The notes under the pieces were generated by a model, which was not told the DNA's origin, did no database searches, and was given only the letters and a program-made list of their open reading frames with translations. Of a stretch of 64,000 nucleotides of DNA, positions 13,326 through 26,472 are shown in pieces (the stretch's first letter is position 1; each line of letters begins with the position of its first letter). Origin of the DNA: Eledone cirrhosa (Eukaryota); assembly GCA_964016885.1 (NCBI GenBank), contig OZ024746.1, positions 45,446,001-45,510,000 of the forward strand, in the 5' to 3' direction. The position numbers were made by a program, and so were the translations under genes.

Positions 13326-14570
13326 TACTCTTAAGTATCTCCTATTTGACACATTTTGTTTTATTTCTTCATTCTCCTGACCTAGCATCGCTCATAACAG
13401 GATAACTCGTCTAACACATGCCAACATGGAAAAATGGACTTTAAACTGTGATAATGATGATGATGATGATATATAGTATATATATATGCATATTCTTCAT
13501 TCATATTCCCTGGTCCTTCAAATGCGAAGCAGCTGGTCTTTCTGCCTTCCACCATCCTTTAGGTTCATTGTTCATTTCCACAGCCATGGAGGTGCACCAC
13601 TCTTGAAAAACACATTAATTTTCAGAGGTTATTAGAACTTGTTTCTCTATACTGATCCTATCAGCTACATATTTTAGACACTTTTTCACTCCCTACCCAT
13701 CCATATTTCATTAGAAAAGCTATAATATCACTACTAAAGCTATAATGTCACTGTCAATAGTTCAGACTGACTTTTTTATTTCACTTGCTGTATGAGAGTT
13801 TGTGCAGGTGTATGGCACAGTAATTCAGTCTGTTACCTTATTTACTCATTGTTTTTAAGACTAAGCAGACACTACCATGTATCCAGCTACAGTTAATGGA
13901 GATCACATCATTCCACACATTGGATAGGGCTTGTTCTAATAGTTCTTTTAAGGCTCACTGAATTAGTCTACACTTTTTGAGAAGAGGTACATCATTTTCT
14001 CCTTAGGCAGGTAGATACATACTTTTGTGATACATTTTTACAGTCACTCCGTTTCTGAATGAATTTATTCCATATCAAAAACTTGCCTTTGACTAGTAAT
14101 GTTGAAATAACTGCTTCCATTGCTATTAACACCATTTAAAATATTTTCATTTGTGAAAATATTTGTGTGAGTGTTGTTGTTATTGCCAAACATGTAGCTA
14201 AAATCTGTTGACACAAGTGCCATTGTCCATAGAAATGACACTCTTTATTTTTTCTTTTAGTGTCTTCTAAAATATTCTTGTTCATTTTTCTGATTTATTA
14301 GTATTTTTTTTTCTATGTAGTTTTATTCATATTTCATAATTTTTCTGTAAGAAGGCATTTTCTCTGTCTCATAAAAAATTTTCAAAATGGAAAAAATTAT
14401 TTTAATATTTTTCCTTCCACAAACGGGAAAAATGGGAGAACACATTTCTTTCCTCTGTGGCTATCAGGTCTACAAGACAATACAGAAATAAACATAAAAT
14501 TGTGAGAAAAATTGAACAAGTTGTAAATTCAATCAGGGCTACATGCAAGCATGTTTTTCAGGGCAAGATA

Positions 14571-14790
14571 TAATTGTTTCTACTTTAGGCACAAGGCTAG
14601 CACTGTTGGAGGAGGGGCAAATCGATTAAATCAACCCCAGTGCATTACTGGTGCTTTATTTTAACAACCCCATAAGGATGAAAGGCAAAGCTAATCTCAG
14701 CAGGATTTGAACTCAGAACATAAAGGTTCATAATTCTATCCCTGAAAGCATAGTGTCTGATGCTCTACTGATACTACCAATCCATTGCCA
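14571..14790 (-). mobile_element. tRNA-derived SINE, main family (long variant)
   Basis: Same core and B box; extra GGAGGAGGGGC..GATTAAATCAACCCC segment. Confidence 0.8.
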
Positions 14791-16113
14791 TTGAGATACC
14801 AAGTTGACTGTCACTGGAGCATAGTTATGTCTTATGGGCAGTTGAAGAGCTCTTTCATCTTGGTTGGTAATCTCTTTGTGGAGGAGGTTATTAGAGTAAT
14901 AATACTCACATCCTAAGGTATTAATCATGCTTAGACCTGGATGAACACAAGATAAGGCAAATGGTACCTGATCAGAAGTGGTGACCCATATCAAAAACAA
15001 TTTTGCTCAGAGAGCTGAGCAGCTTTGGGTGGGCTTCTGAATCCCTGCCTAACATAAAAATCTTTCATGGGTAAAAGATAAGTTATAACAGTATGCTAAA
15101 TCACTCATCATGTGATTAATCAGGACATGCATCCCCCAGGAAGGGACTAGCCTGAGGTTGAAAAGTCATCTAGTAGTACAAACTCTTCCTAAATATGGAG
15201 CTGGATGATTACTTGAATTGGTACTGCCTTAACTCAAATCATCCATTTCACCACCACAACCACCACAAAAAGAAAAAATAGGATTACATAATCCCAAAGC
15301 CATCTCACGAGAGACACACTGCAAACTTGTTTCAACTGGTAGGGCAGACATATTAAGATCATAATAGCTGTGAGAATGTTAACCTCATATGTAAATATTT
15401 TTTTGTACATAACTTTATTTGATTACTTCCATAATAATGCAAGTTGTAAATAATTAAGCACTTTTATATGATTGATTATCATTTTGTTGTAAATATGATC
15501 TTTACTAGATAATGTGCACATGTATAAAGCAAATGATGTACTCGTAAATGTGTAAAGTGCATGACATGAAAAATCTGGTGTGTTTATTTTTGTGGCTCTT
15601 CAATTTATGTAGTGAGTTTTTTCACCCTGTGTCGAGAAGACATTCAGCAAAAAATGGAAACAAAACTGAAGGAAGTGTAAAAAAAAAAAAAAAAAAATAG
15701 TAAGACTAGCAATGAATGCTGAGTGACAAGCAAATAGCCCCTGTAACTTTGTTGCTTTTTATATGATTAAAACGTTTGTTTGGATATAATGCTCTGCGAC
15801 AAACAAACCACTCTTGTAGAAATGTTGTTTTTTACATGTTTAAAATGCTTGTTTTGAAATAATTCTTGTTGCAAAGGGGATATCAGGCATAAACCATGGC
15901 CTGAAGAAGTGAGACACCATTGTTTTGGGGTCTTTGGCCCAAATACTTACTTTTTATTTGTAGCAAAAATAAATTTTTACAGATGGAGGCAGATGCTCTG
16001 CAGCCACAGAATGGAACAGCCAAAAATAATTGCAATGTCACCACCACCAATCCCTCTAACAACACGACAGATATTACAAATACAGCAACAACCACAACAG
16101 TAATAATAATAAT

Positions 16114-16321
16114 ATGACTTGAGAGGCTAGGAATTATCATCATGAAGGGATTATTGCAGAAAATAGCTTTGCTAGGAACAGCAAGGATTCTAAGGAGGGT
16201 GTTAGAAAGTTGAAGGAGAAGGAATGACCCAAAGGACTATGGCTCGCTATTTTGGTATAGTGTCGGTATATGCCAGAGAAAAAGAGTTATGAGTAATAAT
16301 AATTATAACAATAATAATAAT
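16114..16321 (+). mobile_element. 3' end of an R4/Dong-like non-LTR retrotransposon in (TAA)n
   Basis: Translates as ERLGI..LLQKIALLGTARILRRVLES*, typical of the R4-clade C-terminus; short UTR and (TAA)n on both sides. Confidence 0.75.
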
Positions 16322-17148
16322 AGCAGCCCTAGTAATTTCAAAGGAGAGACATCAATCTATTTATAGAGTGATGTTGCTGACCTTGAACCAGTCAAAACAA
16401 ACAGTCGGGAATATTAAACAAATCCCTCTGAACAACCTGATTTGAGTATCTCGGTTGAAACTCTTAAAAAGCAGGCTAATAAATTAACCAACTAGAAATC
16501 ACCAGGCCCTGAAGGTGTGCAAGGTTATTAAATTAAGACTATAATATCTCTCCACCCAAAACTGGCAGCCTTGTTCAATGACTGCTTGATATCTGGTGAA
16601 GTACCGCAGTGGTTGACAAAAGGTATCATGGTTCTAATAAGGAAAGACCAAGCTAAGTAAAATGACATTAGATAAACTATCTCCTTTATTGTTTGTCCAT
16701 ACCCTCATACTTTTGCCCACCTAATGCAGAAAGTGAAAGCTGGATATGAACTGCGAAGAGGAGAGCTTACCATCCTCTTCATGGATGACCTATAACACTT
16801 TGGGAAGAATGAGGAATTAGATGTACTTGGTAACATTGTCCGTATTTTCAGCAATGATATATGTATGGAATTTGGTAATAATAAGTGTGGAGTTCTAGTG
16901 ATGAGGAGAGGCACATTGAAGAGAAACAAAAGAATCAAGATACCAATGGATGAGGTGATAAAGGAAATCAGCACTGACGAAGAATATAAGTATTTGGGTG
17001 TTTTGGAGGCAGATAGCATCAAAGGCAATAAAATGAATGAGATGATAAGATTTAAAAACATAAGGAGAGCAAGAAAAATACTAAAACCACATCTGAATAG
17101 TAGGAATGTCATAAGTGCAATAAATTCTTGAGCTGTGTTGATTATTAG

Positions 17149-17341
17149 GGTGGTAGATTGGCAGTATCAGTAGCGGGTCAGATGCCATGCTTTGCAGCAT
17201 AGAGTTATGCCCCTTTACTGTCTGAGTTCAAATCTCGCCGAGGTTAACTTTGTCTTTCATCCTCATGGGGTCGATAAAATAAAGCACCAGTAATGCATTG
17301 GGATAATTGCTGGCCTTGTGCCAAAAGTAGAAACAATTATT
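17149..17341 (+). mobile_element. tRNA-derived SINE nested in the R4 element
   Basis: Full SINE; ATTATTAGG duplicated at both ends (TSD). Confidence 0.85.
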
Positions 17342-18044
17342 AGGTACATTGCAGGAATTCTTAAATGGAATGAACAAAAAGAACCAGATAGAAAGACAAG
17401 GAAATTAATGACCACCTACAATATGTTTCATAAAAAGAGCGATGTTGATAGACAATACTGAAGGCAGGAGAGGTTTATCAGCATGGAGGACTGTATTCAG
17501 ATGAAGAAGAGATGCTTGCATACATATGCATTTTAGAGTAATGAGCCAATACTTAAGGCTGTATTGAAGGAGGAGATAATAGACCATGGGAAGTCCAAGA
17601 AAGAAGTAATGACAAAAAGCAATAACAACCAGAATGAAAGAGCTCTTTAGCGTGACTTCTTGAAGGCAACAGAATTCAGACATCTGCATACATGAAACTG
17701 GTTAAGAAAGCTATAGAAGGTATGCTACTGATTGCACAGGAGCAAGTTCTTGGAACACAGTGGATGACACATCATATGGACAAGGAGGAAGCTATTCCAC
17801 TCTGTAGGGTCAGTGGAAAGAGAGGAAACTGTAACTCACATTGTATCCAAGTATAAACACCTAGATCAAACTCATTATAAAGAATCGAGGATGATATCAT
17901 AGGAAAAATGACCCGCTCGCATTTATACAAACTAAATTATTTGCCCCACTCTGAGAAGTGGTATGAGCATAAGCCAGAGCTGGTGAAAGTAAACAATTGA
18001 GTGAAGGTGTGGGATTTCATGATACAAACAGATAATAATTAGAA

Positions 18045-18262
18045 TTGTAAAGTGGACGTGTAGGCGCCACAGAAAAAAAAACCCAGCACTCACTGTAAAT
18101 GAGGTTGGTGTAAGGAAGCGAATCCAGCTGTAGCCATCAAGCCAGAATCAGTTCCCGTATGAGCAAGACAAGATCAGCCGACCGGACACTGCCCACAACA
18201 GGACAACCCGTCTAACCCATGCTAGAGTGGAAGAACAGACGTAAAACGGTGATGATGATGAT
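18045..18262 (+). mobile_element. RTE-LINE 3' UTR fragment with (GAT)n tail
   Basis: Matches 32630-32858. Similar fragments at ~13370-13470, 26238-26420(-), 32890-33112, 36945-37210, 39182-39380(-) and 54930-55230(-). Confidence 0.8.
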
Positions 18263-18602
18263 GAATAGACCTGACTTGGTGGTTTTTAACAAGGAAAAAA
18301 TATCTTGCTTGATTATAGATATGGCTTGCCCTTTTAACACAAGAGAGCAAGAAAAGGAAAAGGAGAAAACTAACTAGAACCAGCATCTAAAGTGAGAACA
18401 CTATGTACCGTCTCGAAGAGTTTCCAAGGCTGACTAAAGACCAATAGCCAAACCACCTTTTTTGAAACAAAAGGCATGCCCACTGGCAACAGCAATGACC
18501 TTCCGATATGCCCTAAATATCTAAGGCTGCGTGTGGTAGCTTGATGTACATTTGGGCAAATTGTCCAGTTAAATAACATCAATGACTGAGATATCAAATT
18601 CA

Positions 18603-18822
18603 TAATAATGGTTTCTTATATAGGCACAAGGCCAGCAATTTGGGGGGAGGGGGAAGTTGATTAAATCGACCCCAGTGTGTGACTGGTACTTTGTTTTATC
18701 GACCCCGTAAGGATGAAAGGCAAAGTTAACCTTGGTGGGATTTGAACTCAGACCGTGAAGGACGTAACTCTATGCTGCAAGAGATGGTGTCCGACTCTCT
18801 ACCGATACTGCCAATCCCCCGC
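18603..18822 (-). mobile_element. tRNA-derived SINE, main family
   Basis: Reverse complement of the SINE consensus. Confidence 0.85.
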
Positions 18823-19010
18823 CCTATCAAATTTATAATAATAATAACAATTGGAAGAAGGAGGAGGAGGGGGAAGATGATGGGGAGGAGGAGGAGGAGA
18901 AGACAGATTTTCACAATTTGGCACAACATACTTTTAATTTAAAATACATCATACACAGTAAATGTTCAGTGCATTACATACTCTATACAATCATTACCCA
19001 ATAAAATAAC

Positions 19011-19227
19011 GGTTTCTTATATAGGCACAAGGCCAGCAATTTGGAGGAAGGGGAAAGTTGATTAAGTCGAACCCCAGGTGCATTACTGGTACTTTACTTT
19101 ATCAACCCCGTAAGGATGAAAGGCAAAGTTAGCCTCAGCGCGATTTGAACTCAGATCATAAAGGGCCGTAACTCTATGCTGCAAAGCATGGCGTCCGACC
19201 CTCTACCGATACTGCCAATCCACCGCC
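19011..19227 (-). mobile_element. tRNA-derived SINE with 18-bp TSD
   Basis: ATTACCCAATAAAATAAC (18993-19010) / ATTGCCCAATAAAATAAC (19228-19245) flank a full-length copy. Confidence 0.9.
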
Positions 19228-19750
19228 ATTGCCCAATAAAATAACACAACTCACATAACACGTACACTACAAAACACTATTTACTAATATTATGCAATCT
19301 ACTCAATGCATACTTTTCACATTCACCACCCAATATTACAGCACATATTGTTACATAATTCCCACCTGATACTATAACACATCCCTCAACACACCGATCA
19401 ACAACTCACATCACTCACACTCACATCCTACATGATTCTCACTCAATGAGTCCCACCAGCAGCCCACACAACACATAAAAAAAACAATTACACAACAATA
19501 TCAGACAACTTACATTACATATATTCTACACAACATTCTGAGATGAAAATCTAAAACAATAATAACAGACAATTAATTAACCCACAATGAAGTAAAAATG
19601 ATGTAACATACAAACATGGCTCTACTTTTACAAAAGACAATATTCCACACACACATCTGTAATACCGAGTTGCACTTGGTGCTGCAATAGAGAAACTCAC
19701 ATGAAACAGTTGAAATCATAAAGATGCTGCTGCTGCTGCTGCTGCTGTTG

Positions 19751-19782
<32 letters not shown>

Positions 19783-19985
19783 TTCATTTATTTATTGACC
19801 ACAATGGCCGACATATAGGGGACAATAATAATAATAATGAAGATGATTTATTTGATAATAAAATTAACAATAATATTTCAATATAATACTATATATAACC
19901 ATCTCTCATGTAACTTACCCTTTCTTTTCTGCATTTAATATGATGTCTTCTCTCTATCTATCTCTCTATTATCTATCTATCTATC

Positions 19986-20353
19986 TTTAAGTATTACTTT
20001 AGAAGGAGAATCAGAGTGGAGAGAGAGGCAGTGCACTCCAGTAAATTAACTGAAAGGTGGGTGAATGAAGCGAAAATGGCCCAAGTGATTGGGCCTTCTC
20101 TGTTTATAAGCCTGTAGGTTGAAGAAGAGAGCAAAAGGAAGAAAGGAGCACTTGCACAACACGCCCCTGGAGTTGAGGGTTGTTCTATCGACAGGGTATT
20201 AAACAACCCATTTGAGGCGCCTCCCCCCTATTGGGGATTTCGATTGTTGTAATTGTTTGTTTTTATATTTTTTACATGACTGTATGTAAAATCCCCGGCA
20301 TGTCTTTGTATTGTCCCTTTTTCTTGTGCGCCCTTGTGGCAAATAAAGAAATA

Positions 20354-20408
<55 letters not shown>

Positions 20409-20616
20409 ATAACACTTGCACAACATGCTCCTGGAGTTGAGGGTTGTTCTATCGACGGGGTATTAAACAACCCACTTGTGGCACCTCCCCCCTATTGGGG
20501 ATTTCGATTGTTGTAATTGTTTGTTTTTATATTTTTTACACGACTGTATGTAAAATCCCCGGCATGTATTTGTATTGTCCCCTTTTCTTGTGCGCCCTTG
20601 TGGCTAATAAAGAAAT
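19986..20616 (+). mobile_element. 5'-truncated L1/Tx1-like LINE 3' end with tandemly duplicated 3' UTR, embedded in (TATC)n
   Basis: FKYYFRRRIRVERE..ERW..* (19986-20117) resembles the Tx1 ORF2 C-terminus. ~204-bp direct repeats 20149-20352 / 20413-20616, each ending AATAAAGAAAT + (TATC)n. Confidence 0.6.
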
Positions 20617-20891
20617 ATATCTATCTATCTGTCTATCTACCTACCTCTCTACCTACCTCTCTATTTGTCTCTATTTCTGCTGCACACACACACAAATATC
20701 AATACAAGTATGTCCATGCATGATGTTTTTTCTCTATACCATCTATTGCTATATTCTTCTCCTCCATAGCAGCCTCCTTTTTCAAGTATTCATCAAATAT
20801 TCTCTTGTCTCTCCTTCATATTTTTATCCATTTCACTTTTACCCTTGATCTCCTCTCTCTCGCTCTCTCTCTCTATATGATGATGATGATG

Positions 20892-20947
<56 letters not shown>

Positions 20948-20989
20948 TCATCATCATCATCGTTTAACGTCTATCTTCCATGCTAGCAT

Positions 20990-21028
<39 letters not shown>

Positions 21029-21096
21029 TATATCATCATCATCGTTTAACGTCAATCTTCCACATGGGTTATATATATATATCTATCTATGTATCT

Positions 21097-21165
<69 letters not shown>

Positions 21166-21515
21166 CTATCTCTATCTCTCTATCTATCTACCTACCTATC
21201 TCCCTTTCTTTCTCTCTATCTATCTATCTCTTGCACTCACTTTCTGTCTATTCTTCTTCATTCTGTCTATTTTCTTCTCTCTTCTTCTCATTATCTCAGT
21301 ATCACTTGCCTATTCTTCCTATGCCTCTCTCTTTTTTCATCATCCTACTCACTACTCTCATTCCCTCTCCTCCCTCACTCACTCACTGTCTCTCATTCTC
21401 TCATTCTCTCTTTCTCTCTCTCTCCCTCTCTCTATATATATACTCCATCCCTCAATACTTTCCTCCTGTGTTTCCCAGACATCTCTCCTCTTTCTCTCTC
21501 TTTCTATATATATAT

Positions 21516-21709
21516 AACAAAGGAATTGTGGTAAGGAACCAGATGGTCCATAACGCACCAGAGTACTCAATACTTAGGGTAGTAGAGTGGGAAAATAGGA
21601 AAAAAGTATGACCCCGATGGCAGAGCTCAAGCCGCTTCGACGGCTATTTCTGGACTCCAGAAATAGCCGTCGAAACGGCTTGAGCTCTGCCGTCGGGGTC
21701 ATACTTTTT

Positions 21710-21713
<4 letters not shown>
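21516..21713. mobile_element. Short fold-back element between (TA)n tracts
   Basis: ~59-bp near-perfect arms 21596-21654 / 21656-21713; tail with GAGTACTCAA at 21561-21570. Confidence 0.65.
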
Positions 21714-21745
<32 letters not shown>

Positions 21746-21747
<2 letters not shown>

Positions 21748-22047
21748 CAGAAGGGATATTCAATTTGTTGCTAATTCAACAAATATAACTGATTCAGAGC
21801 ACTCAACATGTTTTCTGGAGTATAATATACAATGATATTAAATAAATGGAAACTATATACCTTAACAGTTCAAGTTATCCTTGAATAACTTGAACCGTTA
21901 AGGTATATTCTCCTTCGTTATGTCAACATTTATAAAACACACTTCGTATTTTATCTGATGATAGCGTACCAACATTTTTGGTACCCTTGAAATATATATA
22001 ATAGAATAAATATGGTTTTACAAATATAGTTTCCATTTATTTAATAT

Positions 22048-22057
<10 letters not shown>
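21746..22057. mobile_element. PLE-like element with inverted ends, internal hairpin and hammerhead
   Basis: Inverted 34-bp ends 21825-21858 / 22024-22057; hairpin 21855-21908; tail motif GAGCACTCAAC 21797-21807; (TA)n flanks. Confidence 0.7.
21947..22008 (+). ncRNA. Minimal type I hammerhead ribozyme motif
   Basis: TATTTTAT-CTGATGA-T-AGCGTACC..GGTACCCT-T-GAAAT-ATAT-ATA-ATAGAATA. 8-bp stem I (one G.U), stem II 7/8, AUA cleavage triplet, overlapping AATAAA. Confidence 0.7.
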
Positions 22058-22083
<26 letters not shown>

Positions 22084-22124
22084 TCCATCCCTCAATTCTT
22101 TCCTCTCCAGTTTCCCAGACATCT

Positions 22125-22355
22125 TTCTCTCTATCTATCTATCTATCTCACTCTATCTCTCTCACTCTCTTTCACTCTCTCTCTCTATCTCTCTATCTCT
22201 CTATCTCTCTCACTCTCTCTCTCACTCTATCTCTCTCTTTCACTCTCTCTCTCTATCTCTCTATCTCTATCTCTCTCTCACTCTCTCTCTCTCTCACTCA
22301 CTCACTCACTCACTCACTCACTCACTCACTCACTCTCTCTTTATCCCTCACTCTT

Positions 22356-22401
<46 letters not shown>

Positions 22402-22790
22402 TCCCGTAACTCACATACTCTGTTCATGTTAATCCCCTCCTACTCTTACACTTAAATTTTTTCTCCTACTCCACTTTCACATCTATCCTATGTTCTTTTT
22501 CACCATCTTTTAGCCCCCCCCCCCACCTTCCAATCGATCCTCATTTCTATTTTATTCTCCTGTTACTTTTCTCTCACTTCTCTCTACCCCTCTCTCACTC
22601 CCCCTCTATTCTCCCTCACTCTCTCCTCCCTAACTTCTCTCTCACATCTCTCTACCCCTCTCTCACTCCCACTCTCTTCTCCCTCACTCTCTCCTCCCTA
22701 ACTTATCTCTCATGTCTCTCTACCCACAATCTCCCCCTCTCTCTCTCACTCCAACTATCTCCTCCCTCTCTCACTCCCACTCTCTCTCTG
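22125..22790. repeat. CT-rich microsatellite/low-complexity tract
   Basis: (CT)n, (CTCA)n and (CTAT)n runs. Confidence 0.9.
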
Positions 22791-23237
22791 GTGAGAATAT
22801 AGGGAATTTCTAATATGCTCCCTCTTACGCTTGTTCATTCTCTTTAATAACCTCCACCACTGCGTGGGGGAACTTAACTCAGAAGCACACAGATATAAAC
22901 CACCCACACACACTTATACATACACATGCACAAATAAACACACAGATAGATACACCCAGTCACATAAACATATGTGCATACATACACATATGCACACATA
23001 CATACACATGCACACATATACACACGCACACATAGATACCCCCCACAAACGCACATAGATATACCTCCCTCCCCCCCCCACACACACATAAATATTTGTG
23101 CACCCATACACATATGCACACACGCATTCATAAAAAAAATATATACATACACATATGCACATACTTGCATCATACACATGCATACATGCATTCATACAAA
23201 AATATGGACACACACTTACACATCTGCAAATACTTTC

Positions 23238-23582
23238 ACACATACACATATTCATCTAAAAATAAATACATACATACACATCTGCAAATACTTGCACACA
23301 TACACATATTCACACACATATTCATCTAAAAATAAATACATACATACACATCTGCAAATACTTGCACACATATTCACACACATATTCATCTAAAAATAAA
23401 TACATACATACACATCTGCAAATACTTGCACACATACACATATTCACACACATATTCATCTAAAAATAAATACATACATACACATCTGCAAATACTTGCA
23501 CACATATTCACACACATATTCATCTAAAAATAAATACATACATACACATCTGCAAATACTTGCACGCATACACATATTCACA
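23238..23582. repeat. Minisatellite, ~58-66-bp unit, ~5 copies
   Basis: Repeats of CACATATTCATCTAAAAATAAATACATACATACACATCTGCAAATACTTGCACAC. Confidence 0.9.
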
Positions 23583-23966
23583 CAAAAATATTTACACACA
23601 TATACACAAGCACATATGACATACTTTCACACAATTACATACTCACGCATGCACTCACACCAAGAGAAACATACACACACACGTATAGAGACGTGAAATC
23701 AACATAAAATAAATGCTGAGAGTTCGCAAACACACAGATCTTAATACTAATGCCTGAATGAATGAGACTGATAATCAAAGCACACACATACATTTTCTAA
23801 CATAAACATACTAATACATTCAATTACATACATACACATACACACCTCCATCCATCCATACATACATACATTTATATATATATATATATGTGTGTATATA
23901 TGTATATATGTGTGTATATATAAGTGTATATATACATATATATACACACACACATATATACATATA

Positions 23967-24022
<56 letters not shown>

Positions 24023-24700
24023 TATATGTATATATGTGTGTGTGTATATATATGTATATATACACTTATATATACACACATATATACATATATACACACA
24101 TAGATATATACACACACAAGCAGGGAAAAGCAGACGTAAAATGATGATGATGAAATGATGATGATGATGATATATATATATATATATATATACATATCTT
24201 TCATATATATATACACATATATGCCTATACACACACACACACACATATATATGTATATATGTGTATATATATATATATATATAAATATAAATGTATGCAC
24301 ATATTAATTCAGAATTCAACAAGCAGCACAATAAAAACAAACTGCCCACAAACAAACATTATGACTACTATCACCAATGCCACCATCCCCACCTCTAAAC
24401 AACAATAAGGATGGCAGAAACACCCACAACCACAACCGCAACAACAATTACAACCATTCAACAGTCGGAAAGGAATGCTCTGAATTCCAATATGCAGATA
24501 ATTGTTAAAACATCTCTATTTGCTGCAGAGAAAATTGAAGCTTTGAGAGTATTATTTGTGGAAGGTTAAATATATAAATGTGTGTATCAGTAAGAAGTAT
24601 GTCTCTGCATGTGTATATTTGCACCAACTTTGAGTGTGTTTGTGTGTGTATGTGTGTGTGTGTATACATAAATATATAAGTAAACACACATATATATATA

Positions 24701-26186
24701 TCATCATCATCATCGTTTAACGTCCATATTCCACGCGCGCATGGGTTTGGACGGGAGTTTTCCCACTTGAGGCAAGAGTGGTTGTCTTGCTCGCAGAGGA
24801 CTGTCTGGCGGGTTTTCTACGGTTGGATGCCCTTCCTAACACCAACCACATTTACAGTGTGGAACTGGGAGGTTTTTACCGTGTTACCTACACGGCCACA
24901 TTACAGCGTGGACTGTGTGTTTTTTTGTCGTGACACCTACACGACCTCATTTGTTTCGGGCTGGATGTTGTGGTACCAACATAACATAACATTGAAAGGG
25001 GTGGTGTGGATGGGGTGGGGGTAGTGGGACGGGGGTGTATTTTGTTAGAGGTGCCTACTGACTGTAGTAGGTTTCACTTTACACTTAGGTAAGGCGGGTC
25101 TTCTCTATTACAGTGTAGCGCCAAAGATCTCGGTCCAGTGACATTTTCTTGGAGAGGTGTAAGTGTGTGAGGTCGGAATTTATCAAGTCGTCCCAGGTTT
25201 TTCTGGGTCTGCCTACTCCGTGGCTACCGTCTATTTTTATTGCCCTGCACTTTTTTTATACAGCTGTCGTCTTTCAAGTGCATCACGTGACCATACCAAC
25301 GTAGTCTTCTCTCGAGTAAACAACATCTGATCCCTCTTATTTCTAATTTCTCCCTTAGTTCGTTTATGCTTTGCCGTTCACGTATATTACTATTACACAT
25401 CCAGCGGAGCATGCAAGCTTCGCTTCTCTCCAGTCTGCGTATATCCTCTGCACACAATGCCCAGGTCTCACTGCCATGTAACATTGCTGTTCGTATGCAG
25501 GCATTATACAGCCTGCCTTTCATTTTTAGAGAGAACCCTTTAGCGGCCAATAGTGGTATAAGCTCTCTGAACTTTTTTCATCCCGTTCTGACTCTAGCTA
25601 CTGTACTTTCAGAGCACCCTCTCCCACTGCTGATTTTGTCACCCAGGTAACGAAAGCTGTCCACTATTTCTATAGAACCATCTGTGCAATGGAATGAGTT
25701 AGTATTCAGTGGGCACTTGCTGCTACTTATTGCACCAGAGCACCGGCCACATGTAAAATCTATATTCTTAGTTAGCTTACCTGTGATCCCACTACATCTT
25801 TTATGTACCCATACTTTGCATTTGGGACATAAAATGGAGTTTCTACCTACTCCTTTCCTACACACTGAGCATGGCCATTTCCCAGATGGGACCGGTGCCC
25901 TATTTTCTTTCCTACAAACTAGAACTTTAGTCTTAGACAAGTTAACTTTAAGGCCTTTTGATTCTAGGCCATGCTTCCATGTTTTGAATTTCTTCTCTAG
26001 TTCAGCCATTGATTCAGCTATGAGTGTTAGATCATCTGCATATAGGAGTTCCCACGGGCAGCCGGTCTTGAACTCTTCTGTTATAGCCTGAAGGGCAATA
26101 ATAAATAGTAGGGGGCTAAGGACGGAGCCCTGATGAACACCAACTTTTACACTAAACTCTTCACTATATTCGTTGTTAATTCTAAC
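24701..26186 (-). mobile_element. 5'-truncated RTE-type LINE (RT C-terminal half with PHD finger, 3' UTR, (GAT)n tail)
   Basis: GVHQGSVLSPLLF, LLYADDL, FRYLGD, LHGSETW and RRLRWYGHV in ORFs 25578-26279 and 25224-25550; (TA)n at both ends. Confidence 0.92.
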
Positions 26187-26221
<35 letters not shown>

Positions 26222-26429
26222 AATATACACACACACTCATCATCATCATCATTTTACATCCGCTTTTCCCTGCTTGCAAGGGTGGGACGGGAACTGATTC
26301 TGGCTTGATTTCTACAGCTGGATGCCCTTCCTAACACCAACCTCATTTACAGTGAGTGGTGGGTGCTTTTTTTTCCCGTGGCACTACACGTCCATTTCAC
26401 AGTGTGGGCTGGGTGCTTTTTAAATACAT

Positions 26430-26463
<34 letters not shown>

Positions 26464-26472
<9 letters not shown>

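Larger units (their letters stand above)
16380..18370 (+). pseudogene. Decayed R4/Dong-like retrotransposon ORF (RT, CCHC remnant, restriction-like endonuclease)
   Basis: Remnant motifs KSPGP, LFMDDL, MEFGNNKC, YKYLGVLE, ISAINS and NRPDLVV..LIIDMACP with many stops and frameshifts; interrupted by insertions at 17149 and 18045. Confidence 0.8.

Noticed and set aside
21441-22130. ~50-bp diverged direct repeat (21441 / 22081) flanking two hairpin elements
   Set aside because: Too long and diverged for a TSD; likely an old local duplication in CT-rich DNA.
20805-24355. Many YIYI/SLSL/HTHT ORFs
   Set aside because: Dinucleotide microsatellite translations.
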